Source: an uncultured Bacilli bacterium (GTDB lineage Bacteria; Bacillota_I; Bacilli_A; RF39; UBA660). From it: a stretch of DNA of 64,000 nucleotides. Each line of letters begins with the position of its first letter. The first letter of the stretch is position 1. The stretch is from positions 4,839-68,838 of the forward strand of contig CAKOPG010000005.1 in assembly GCA_934098745.1 (NCBI GenBank), written 5' to 3'. A program made the translations under genes and the position numbers. Under the pieces are notes generated by a model that saw only the letters and a program-made list of their open reading frames with translations, searched no databases and was not told where the DNA came from. Shown in pieces: positions 19,166 through 27,093 of this stretch.

Positions 19166-19192
19166 TTATCCCTAAGGGACTGACGTAATATA
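19166..19192. repeat. Conserved 3'-flank motif of the surface-protein family (copy 1)
   Basis: TTATCCCTAAGGGACTGACGTAATATA lies 21 nt beyond the stop codon. Near-identical copies are at 33766-33792 and 38911-38937. Confidence 0.7.
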
Positions 19193-19213
19193 TAAATAAA
19201 AGTCAGGTAATTA

Positions 19214-21016
19214 TTACTCTATTACTAAAACCGCACGGAAGCCAGGGTACATGTACGTATCGCCACTAGTGTAGGAGAAGAAGAAGACACCGGCACTGAC
19301 ACCATTGCTATAGTCACCACCACGACGGAACCACGGGAACTCGGAAGAAACAAAGTTCGCGTAATCTCCATACCATCTACTTGTTTCCGATAAGCCTCGT
19401 CCATAGCAATAGCCCTCATTACATGCCGTTAAAGCATTCATAGTTGTGCCACTACTTGCCTTGTATACTTCATAATACTTAGATTCCGGAAAAGATACAC
19501 CATCGGTTTTAGTGATACCATCAGTTCCAAGCAATCCATTAAATCCCGAATTAGAGGAAGTAGAAGACCCACTCCATAAGGTACCATTGGAATTAGCAAA
19601 TACTCCCATGACATATTCCCTTGCTCCTCCCGACATATCAAAGATTCCTGATATATTACCGGTCGTACTTTGCGGATATGTTGAAGAAGCACCATAAGTT
19701 ATTCCGCATGTTGTACTTTGACCGGCATCAGCTGTACTAGCTCCGCATCCGGTAAGTGTTTGATTATTATTCCGGTAATTATTAATTCTTACCTCACTAT
19801 TTATTCCATACTTAGAGTGCGATAGATAAGCTACTGCTCCCCATTCATTATTCTTCATCATATGAGAATTAGTGCTTGTGGTTAATCCATATGTATTACT
19901 GCCAGAAAATGTTGTAACTCCATTATTCAAAGTTCCCCCAGCAAATTTTAAACTAGTAATAAATTCCGTTGATATATTTTGATCAGTTAATGATGCCATA
20001 TTAGGTTTTATCGTCGGTGTTGTACCATCACCGGTTGTTTCAAATTTACCTACCCAAATGCCATTTAATTCCGTATCCCCAAAAGTAAATGCCGGATGGG
20101 TTAGATACTCTCCTACCTTAGTTCCTACTGACTTTGTCGTATCTTTATCTTCAAAAATAATCTCTATCTCTTGTTCTTGTCCTTTAGTACTTGTACCGAT
20201 TGTCCATATTTTATACTTATATCTTGGTATCCAAACATAATATGCTAAAATATTACTTTCCGGTATTGTTACCCCTGTGGTATTTTGATAAGTACTCCTT
20301 GTTGAAGAATCCACTAATACGGCATTGGCCCATTCTTTTTTATCATAATTAAACCAAGAAGTATCATCTTTTGAAATAGTTGTAACTGTCCCATTATCAG
20401 TTATCGTTACTGGAATCATCCCTTCCATTACATCGGGAGTAATTGATACCTTATCAGTACAACTTCCACCAAGGGATAAACTAACTGCTTGATTCATTGT
20501 ACTTGCACTTGTTTCTTCCTTATCTAACCATATCCATAAATAATACGTATCTGTTGTTGTTAAAGCATATCCCATATTTTTCAAAAGATTTACTTTATCT
20601 CCAGCTTTTAACCCTTTAAAGTTACCACTTTCTAAAGCATTTTCACAACTATCAGCACTTGTTGTTAGAGCATATCTAAAATTATCACTATTAGACAATC
20701 CATCCCCTATTTCATTTATATTTAACCATAAATCCATATATACTGGAGTTGGTGTAATTATATTAGGCATTACTTTTATTTCTCTTTTGATGGCATACTT
20801 ACTATTTGTACAACTACATGGTACTAGGGTAACATCACTAGAGGTAATATCACCACCACCATCAGCCGCACAACTAAAATCACTCGTTACTGTAAATACT
20901 ACTTTAGTTCTCTCCCCTTCGGTAGCATTCCATGTAAAATAAGCAAATGTACTACCTATAATTACAAATATTAATGATATGATTAATAATATAATAATTA
21001 CTCTTTTATTCTTCAT
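19214..21016 (-). CDS. Secreted/surface protein, paralog A: TasA/CalY-type signal peptide + N-module (type 1) + C-terminal FGE-sulfatase/C-type-lectin-like head
   Basis: N-terminus MKNKRVIIILLIISLIFVIIGSTFAYFTW resembles the CalY signal GGGTFAYFSD. C-terminal motifs NEWGAVAYLSHSKYG, GNISGIFDMSGGAREYVMG, RRGGDYSNG and GFRAVLV resemble FGE-type domains. The C-module is collinear with 27856-29637 and the N-module with 38948-40510. Confidence 0.75.
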   Translation of the reverse strand: MKNKRVIIILLIISLIFVIIGSTFAYFTWNATEGERTKVVFTVTSDFSCAADGGGDITSSDVTLVPCSCTNSKYAIKREIKVMPNIITPTPVYMDLWLNINEIGDGLSNSDNFRYALTTSADSCENALESGNFKGLKAGDKVNLLKNMGYALTTTDTYYLWIWLDKEETSASTMNQAVSLSLGGSCTDKVSITPDVMEGMIPVTITDNGTVTTISKDDTSWFNYDKKEWANAVLVDSSTRSTYQNTTGVTIPESNILAYYVWIPRYKYKIWTIGTSTKGQEQEIEIIFEDKDTTKSVGTKVGEYLTHPAFTFGDTELNGIWVGKFETTGDGTTPTIKPNMASLTDQNISTEFITSLKFAGGTLNNGVTTFSGSNTYGLTTSTNSHMMKNNEWGAVAYLSHSKYGINSEVRINNYRNNNQTLTGCGASTADAGQSTTCGITYGASSTYPQSTTGNISGIFDMSGGAREYVMGVFANSNGTLWSGSSTSSNSGFNGLLGTDGITKTDGVSFPESKYYEVYKASSGTTMNALTACNEGYCYGRGLSETSRWYGDYANFVSSEFPWFRRGGDYSNGVSAGVFFFSYTSGDTYMYPGFRAVLVIE

Positions 21017-21034
21017 AATTACCTACTTTCTATA

Positions 21035-21058
21035 TCCCTAAGTATAATACTTAAGGAC
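21035..21058. repeat. Inverted repeat, gene-proximal (switch A)
   Basis: TCCCTAAGTATAATACTTAAGGAC is the exact reverse complement of 21206-21229, and it is itself a near-palindrome. Confidence 0.9.
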
Positions 21059-21147
21059 CCTTTTGTATGTATGTAAATACCTTATATCATAAGGCTTTAA
21101 GACATATTTTAAGAAATATAAAAGTAGATAAAAAGTCAAATTTTGTA

Positions 21148-21176
21148 TTTACATAAAACCAGTGTCATGCTATAAT
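21148..21176 (+). promoter_or_regulatory. Sigma-A-type promoter inside switch A
   Basis: TTTACA-17 nt-TGC-TATAAT (extended -10) on the plus strand. Confidence 0.7.
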
Positions 21177-21205
21177 TTATATAGGGTAGATAAAGATAAA
21201 GGTGT

Positions 21206-21229
21206 GTCCTTAAGTATTATACTTAGGGA
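21206..21229. repeat. Inverted repeat, gene-distal (switch A)
   Basis: GTCCTTAAGTATTATACTTAGGGA is the reverse complement of 21035-21058. Confidence 0.9.
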
Positions 21230-21263
21230 CATTTTTATATTATTTAACTACTTAAAAATAATC

Positions 21264-21294
21264 GAAAAAAAGAAACTTAAAGTTTCTCTTATAA
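21264..21294 (-). terminator. Terminator of the 155-aa gene; right copy of the 31-nt direct repeat
   Basis: The plus strand reads GAAAAAAAGAAACTTAAAGTTTCTCTTATAA. On the minus strand it is a hairpin plus T7, 21 nt after the stop at 21316. Confidence 0.65.
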
Positions 21295-21315
21295 CAATTC
21301 ATATATAAATTATTT

Positions 21316-21783
21316 TTATTTAAATTGATTTTTTTTCAAAGTTTTCGTAGTACAAGTAACTGTTTTTCCGTCACCCATATATACGCATGAACTTGATCCA
21401 TCACCATTATCTACACAATCTGAGGAATTAGGACAAAATAATAAATCATTTTTATCTTGTTCGTTCATATTTCCCATTGCTACAATTACAATAATTATTG
21501 AAACCAAAAATACAATTATAGAACCAACTAATCCTAATATGGCAAATACTTTTCCTTCTTGTTCTTTCTTTTTAATTTGTGATAAAGCAACTATTGATAA
21601 AATAAACGCTAATAACAAAGACAAATCACCTATAATTGTCACTACCGTATTGTTAGTAAATTGCAAAATAATTGACAATATTACCAAACCAAATGAAATA
21701 ATACCTAACTTGTTTTTTTCTCCTTTTACTAAAGATTCTTGTGGTGTTTCATCATGAAACACAATATTGTTTTCATCGTCCAT
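21316..21783 (-). CDS. Small membrane protein with a Cys-rich C-terminal tail
   Basis: 155 aa with several TM helices. The tail reads CPNSSDCVDNGDGSSSCVYMGDGKTVTC. It is the last gene of the rhomboid/ABC/M13 string. Confidence 0.5.
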   Translation of the reverse strand: MDDENNIVFHDETPQESLVKGEKNKLGIISFGLVILSIILQFTNNTVVTIIGDLSLLLAFILSIVALSQIKKKEQEGKVFAILGLVGSIIVFLVSIIIVIVAMGNMNEQDKNDLLFCPNSSDCVDNGDGSSSCVYMGDGKTVTCTTKTLKKNQFK

Positions 21784-21804
21784 TATTTTTACCTCCTTTA
21801 AATA

Positions 21805-23853
21805 CTACCATACAGAAACTCTATTTTCTTTTGTAACATACATATCATCATTTTCTTTTATATCATATATTTCATAAAATTTATCCGTCGATGACAAAAC
21901 AGCATTAACACGATTCTTATCCGGAGAATGTTCATCAGATGTCAACAACAAAAATTCATAATAAGGTGTTTTCTGAGAACACCAAGATAAGGCGTAATTT
22001 TCAAATATTTTTTTATAATCTTCTTTCGTTGCATTTTTATTTTCTGCTATTTGTAAAACAATTGACATAGCACCTAAATCGGCTATATTCTCCCCAAGCG
22101 TTGTCGAACCAAATTGATTATATTTATTATAATACTTAACTACATTTATATTTAACTTATTAAAATTTTTAGCATCCTCTTCAGTCCACCAATTAACACG
22201 ATTTCCATCTTCATCATATTTACTTCCTGTTGAATCTAAAGCATGTGACAATTCATGACCTATTACAAATCCTAATGAACCAAGAATATTATAGTAATTA
22301 TCTTCTAAATTTGTACTGTTTAAATTTAAAGCTACTTTACTAGAATAAGCCCATCCAGATAATATATTTATACTATTTGTTAATGGTGTATAATAAGCAT
22401 TTTGTTCTAAATAATCTATACTACTATACATTATATTACCATTCTTATATTGCTTACAAATTTCTTTATTTTTATTATTCGTAGCATTTATTATATTAGT
22501 CAAATAACTTTCATTACTAAATCTATAATTATTTTCAACATAGACTAAATTATCGCTTATTAAAACAGTATATTTCATATTTTCCATTTTCTTTAATGCT
22601 TCTTTTTTAGTATTTTCACTTAACCAATCTTCATCCATTATTCTTACTTTATAAGCATCTATCTCTTCTGTTATTAAATCAGTATAAAACTTTTTCTCAT
22701 AATCCGTAAAATTCCTCTTTACAAACTCATTTGCGATCGTATCACTAAAGAATTTATAAATAACTGAATAAATATAATCTTCTTCAGTATCATTTGTCCC
22801 AAAATAGTTATTAATTTCTTCATAATATTCAACATTTAACTTATAGAAATCATAATTAATATATTCAGAATAATTTGTTAATAATTTTATTATTGCATAA
22901 TACTTAAGAGTATCTAAATTGTCATTACTTAAATATTCATCCATCGATTTTAATTGATTAATTGAAACAACTAAAATTTTACTATTTTCATCATATAAAT
23001 CTTCATAATATTTAATAAAATCATCAATTTTAATATTATTTAACTGACTATTAATTTCACTCTTCGTATACACATCATATCCTTTATCTCCACTATGTAA
23101 TTTATCAGATCTAATTGCGTATCTTGAAATATATTCATACATCTTTTGTACATTATTAGTCATCTTATTTGCTTCATTTAAAGAATAACCATACAATGTC
23201 AATATTTTCGTATCATACTTACTTAAAAGATTTTTTTTCTGAGCATTATTTTCATCAGTATATATTTCGCTAGCGTTTAAATTATAATCATAAGTTAAAA
23301 AGTCTAAAGTAAAATATGGCTGTTTTAAATTACTTGGAACAAAATTTATTGAAGGATTAATAACAATATCCATAGATAAATCATAATCTAATTTATAAAT
23401 ATTATTTAAGTACTGTTCTATATTTTGAGAACTATTAATCAAGTCAATATACTTATCCAATTCTTCTTTAACTTTATTACTATTTTTTGACTCTTTATAA
23501 CTATTATAAAATATACATATCTTATTATTTATAGAATTATTATTATAAGTTCCACACTTATCTAATATCTCATTAATTATTTCTTTTTTTTCTTCTTTTA
23601 TCTTTTTTCCGGCTTCTGTAATATTTAAATTCCAATAAACTTCATTCTCAGCTAGTTGATCAGTACTTAAATATTTATAATTTACATAATCATAAAAGTC
23701 ATCTTCCAATCTAGGTTGTGAAGTTAAAACTGAACTAATCGGATTATTGACTAAAGTTTTTTCTTTATTACCAAAGATAAAAATACTGATTATATAAAGT
23801 ATTGTTACAATACCAAGGATAATAAATAAATTAACTAACTTCTTATTATTCAT
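21805..23853 (-). CDS. M13-family zinc metallo-endopeptidase (PepO/neprilysin-like), N-terminally anchored
   Basis: HELSHALD (HExxH) and downstream GENIADLGA, at M13 size. Start is taken at MNNKK, preceded by AAGGA; the track gives 23886. Confidence 0.8.
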   Translation of the reverse strand: MNNKKLVNLFIILGIVTILYIISIFIFGNKEKTLVNNPISSVLTSQPRLEDDFYDYVNYKYLSTDQLAENEVYWNLNITEAGKKIKEEKKEIINEILDKCGTYNNNSINNKICIFYNSYKESKNSNKVKEELDKYIDLINSSQNIEQYLNNIYKLDYDLSMDIVINPSINFVPSNLKQPYFTLDFLTYDYNLNASEIYTDENNAQKKNLLSKYDTKILTLYGYSLNEANKMTNNVQKMYEYISRYAIRSDKLHSGDKGYDVYTKSEINSQLNNIKIDDFIKYYEDLYDENSKILVVSINQLKSMDEYLSNDNLDTLKYYAIIKLLTNYSEYINYDFYKLNVEYYEEINNYFGTNDTEEDYIYSVIYKFFSDTIANEFVKRNFTDYEKKFYTDLITEEIDAYKVRIMDEDWLSENTKKEALKKMENMKYTVLISDNLVYVENNYRFSNESYLTNIINATNNKNKEICKQYKNGNIMYSSIDYLEQNAYYTPLTNSINILSGWAYSSKVALNLNSTNLEDNYYNILGSLGFVIGHELSHALDSTGSKYDEDGNRVNWWTEEDAKNFNKLNINVVKYYNKYNQFGSTTLGENIADLGAMSIVLQIAENKNATKEDYKKIFENYALSWCSQKTPYYEFLLLTSDEHSPDKNRVNAVLSSTDKFYEIYDIKENDDMYVTKENRVSVW

Positions 23854-24550
23854 TTTCCTTATCACCCGCAGAGACAATTTCTCCATCTTTTAGATATATA
23901 ATCTTATCTGTGTATTCAGCTACTTGTTTTGAGTGTGTAACCTGAATAATAGTTATATTTTGTTCTTTATTTAACTTTTTAAATAATCTCATTATTTCAT
24001 CCGTAGAAATACTATCCAAATTTCCGGTAGGTTCATCCGCTAATATTAATGTTGGATTCATAATAACAGCTCTTGCTATAGCTACTCTTTGTTGTTGTCC
24101 TCCCGATAATTGTTTTGGTAAATTCTTTCTCTTTTGTGATAATCCTACTGTTTTTAATAAATTATTTAATCTTTCCTCATAATCTTTTCTCTTTTTGCCA
24201 GCCATAATTACTGGTAACATAATATTATCTTCTACTGATAAATTAGGAATTAAATTATAAAATTGAAATACAAATCCTATTTTTTCTCTTCTTACTTTTG
24301 ACTGTTCATCATCATTTAACTTATTAACATCTATTCCATTAATTAAAATAGTTCCCTCTGTAGGAGTATCTAAAAAACCAATTTGATAAAGCAATGTTGA
24401 TTTACCACTACCAGATTCACCCATTAATGAAATAAATTCACCTTTTTTAACACTTAAATTTATATTTTTTAATACCTCTAGTGGTGTAGTCAAACCATCT
24501 TTAAAAACTTTTCTTAAGTTTTTAACCTCTAATATCGTTTCATTACTCAT
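23846..24550 (-). CDS. ABC transporter ATP-binding protein (MacB/LolD/FtsE class)
   Basis: Walker A GESGSGKST, signature LSGGQQQR, Walker B ILADEPTGNLD. It overlaps the FtsX-type permease gene. Confidence 0.85.
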   Translation of the reverse strand: MSNETILEVKNLRKVFKDGLTTPLEVLKNINLSVKKGEFISLMGESGSGKSTLLYQIGFLDTPTEGTILINGIDVNKLNDDEQSKVRREKIGFVFQFYNLIPNLSVEDNIMLPVIMAGKKRKDYEERLNNLLKTVGLSQKRKNLPKQLSGGQQQRVAIARAVIMNPTLILADEPTGNLDSISTDEIMRLFKKLNKEQNITIIQVTHSKQVAEYTDKIIYLKDGEIVSAGDKENE

Positions 24551-27080
24551 ATTTTAATTCCTCCACTACATTCATTTTTCTTATTTTCTTTTTCATTACC
24601 AAATATATAACACCCATAATCAAAGCAATTATTAAAAGCAATATTACAATTCCAAATAGATTGAATGATAATGGTATATAAACTCCTAACATACTTATCG
24701 TATATCTAAGTAAAACTATTAGTATCAAAGTAAAGAATAGTGAAACTAAAGAAGAAACTACGTATGATAATAATAATTCCTTAAGCATCATATTATTAAT
24801 TTGTTTTCTACTCATTGATGTAGAATATAAAGTTGCTATTTCTTTTTTTCTTTCCATAAAACTTACCGACTGGTTATTAATAATCCCAATTAAAGCAATT
24901 CCTATTATTACTAAAATAACTACTGCTATATCTACATATGTTCCCCTCATCTGTTCATTAATATCTTCTACATATTCTTCTTGAGATTTTATTTCAGGAG
25001 TTTCATATGTCAATTCACTTAATACTTTTTTCTTAACATCATTATATTTAGCATCTTTTGCTAATTCTATAAAATAATAATTTTTATCAAATGTAGTAAT
25101 TTCATTTGTAACTACTTTCTCACTCAATATAACTGCCATATAATCAATTTTACTCATATCTGCAAAACCAACTATTTTTAAATTAAGTGGTAATGAATAA
25201 GTAAATCTTTTGTTCTTAATTGTTCCCTTTATTACAACAATATCCCCAATTTTTAAATTATACTTATCTTTAAAATAATTACTAACAATTACTTCATTAT
25301 CTGTTAAATTATCAGCCAAATTATAATCTATATCTAAAATATTACTATTATCAACCAAATTTTTATAACTATCACTATAAATAAAAGCTAATTTACTAAC
25401 TTTATGGTTTGCAAAAGTTAACTCATCATACATCTCATTAGCCATAGTTGATACATATAAAGATGCTGATTTCTCTACTCCATCTATTCCGGCAAAAGAA
25501 GAATTTAAATTGATTTTCTCAGACATAGAAAAGACATACATTGAAGACTTCACCATATCTAACTTACTTTTATAAGAATCTATTAAGTAACTCAATCCTG
25601 AGAAAGATACTAATGAAATCATTAACATAACTGAAATAATTATATTACTACTAATCTGTAATTTATTATTAACTACGGTATTCTTAGCCATTTCTGTTAC
25701 CGGATTATTATTTTTATTTACAAATTTCATTAAAAACTTAGTTATAATTGGTAACAACATTGCCACCGATATAAACAATGAAATAATACCGATAACACAA
25801 TATACAAATGTAAGTTTATTGATAAATATTATTGAGATAATACCAATTACTAAACAAAAAATACCTACGACAAATCTAACTACTGAATATTTATAAACAC
25901 TATCATGTTTATTAAATATACAATCTTTAATAGATATTTTATTTGATTTTATTATCTCAGAAATAGACAAAGAAATTTGAAATAGTATTAAAAATAATAC
26001 TGTAATTACTACCGTATACACACTATATTTTTCAAAATTAACCATACTTATATCAAACATCAATGTATCTCCGAAAAGCTCAAAAATTTTGAAAAGTCCT
26101 TTAATTAATGCTACCCCAATAAATGATCCTAAAAATCCCCCAATTAATCCATATGTAGCCATTTCTAATATTAATAAACTATTCATTTTTTTAGAAGATG
26201 CTCCCACACTTCTAAATGTTCCAATAACAGGAATTCTTTCATTCATAATTATTTTAACAATTGAATTAACTGTAAAAAATACCAGCACAATAACTAAAAC
26301 TATTGCCACAACAGCTATTTTTATATAATTACCAAAAATATCACTAACACTTGTATTAGAAATATAAGTAAAATCCAATCCATAATCATCTTCTACACTG
26401 TACAATTCTTCTGTTAATTTATCAATATTTTTGTTTCCTAAGTATCTCAAATGCAAACTATCATACTCAATTTTATCTTTCCTACTAATTTTTAAATATT
26501 CACTTTCATTCGTAACAACGGATACTCCTTCAACATTAAAACTATTAAAAAAGCCTGAGTTATTAGCAATGTATTTTATTTTAAATATATGCTTATTCCC
26601 ATCTTCATCAAAATATTCTAAAGTATCCCCTTCTTTAAGCTTATATGTATCAGCGGTGCTTTTTGAAACAATTACCTCATTCTCTCCTAATACAAGGTCC
26701 TTTGTATTTTTTACTACAACAGAATTTAATTTTTCAGCATTTTTAAGATCCAATCCAACTAAAGGAAAAGAAACAAATTCATTGCCTTCTGTATCATAAA
26801 TATATCCATAATTATATTCTGGAACTCCTAAATAAGCAAAATCATTATTTGTTTGTTTAACTCTATCGTAAGTTATCTTTTCTTCAGTAGAACTATAAAC
26901 TATATATTGAACACTAGACATAGAATTACGTATTGAAGTTATTAAGGAATCCAAGGTAAAAATAGCCCCAAAGGCTATTGAAATAATTACACCAACACCA
27001 AATAATGACACTAATATAAGCGTTGTTCTACTTACATTATCCCTTATATTTCTTAAAATATGTTTTAAAAATATCTTCAT
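24543..27080 (-). CDS. ABC transporter permease with two FtsX/MacB-type domains and two large extracytoplasmic domains
   Basis: About 845 aa with the layout TM - ectodomain - 3 TM, repeated twice. The start is uncertain (27080, 27092 or 27101). Confidence 0.7.
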   Translation of the reverse strand: MKIFLKHILRNIRDNVSRTTLILVSLFGVGVIISIAFGAIFTLDSLITSIRNSMSSVQYIVYSSTEEKITYDRVKQTNNDFAYLGVPEYNYGYIYDTEGNEFVSFPLVGLDLKNAEKLNSVVVKNTKDLVLGENEVIVSKSTADTYKLKEGDTLEYFDEDGNKHIFKIKYIANNSGFFNSFNVEGVSVVTNESEYLKISRKDKIEYDSLHLRYLGNKNIDKLTEELYSVEDDYGLDFTYISNTSVSDIFGNYIKIAVVAIVLVIVLVFFTVNSIVKIIMNERIPVIGTFRSVGASSKKMNSLLILEMATYGLIGGFLGSFIGVALIKGLFKIFELFGDTLMFDISMVNFEKYSVYTVVITVLFLILFQISLSISEIIKSNKISIKDCIFNKHDSVYKYSVVRFVVGIFCLVIGIISIIFINKLTFVYCVIGIISLFISVAMLLPIITKFLMKFVNKNNNPVTEMAKNTVVNNKLQISSNIIISVMLMISLVSFSGLSYLIDSYKSKLDMVKSSMYVFSMSEKINLNSSFAGIDGVEKSASLYVSTMANEMYDELTFANHKVSKLAFIYSDSYKNLVDNSNILDIDYNLADNLTDNEVIVSNYFKDKYNLKIGDIVVIKGTIKNKRFTYSLPLNLKIVGFADMSKIDYMAVILSEKVVTNEITTFDKNYYFIELAKDAKYNDVKKKVLSELTYETPEIKSQEEYVEDINEQMRGTYVDIAVVILVIIGIALIGIINNQSVSFMERKKEIATLYSTSMSRKQINNMMLKELLLSYVVSSLVSLFFTLILIVLLRYTISMLGVYIPLSFNLFGIVILLLIIALIMGVIYLVMKKKIRKMNVVEELKYE

Positions 27081-27093
27081 ATCTTCACACATC

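Larger units (their letters stand above)
21035..21229. promoter_or_regulatory. Candidate invertible promoter element (switch A), promoter pointing away from the 600-aa gene (OFF)
   Basis: 24-nt perfect inverted repeats bracket 147 bp. That 147 bp is the reverse complement of the homologous segment at 40552-40696, measured relative to the homologous downstream genes. Confidence 0.75.

Noticed and set aside
19166-19192. Interpreting the 3' motif as an integron attC site or gene-cassette recombination site.
   Set aside because: There is no intI-like integrase, no attI and no array of promoterless cassettes. The motif lacks the R''-L''/L'-R' architecture and GTTRRRY core. It is kept only as an unexplained conserved motif.
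19225-20240. Track ORFs 19225-19419(-), 19438-19695(-), 19512-19697(+) and 20058-20240(+), inside or antisense to paralog A.
   Set aside because: They are alternative-frame or antisense shadows of the 600-aa gene. They appear because this stretch is GC-enriched and stop-poor. They have no RBS and low-complexity translations.
21067-21156. A 29-aa ORF (MYVNTLYHKALRHILRNIKVDKKSNFVFT) inside the invertible segment of switch A.
   Set aside because: It has no RBS, and the homologous position in switch B reads ATG-TAG, so it is not conserved.
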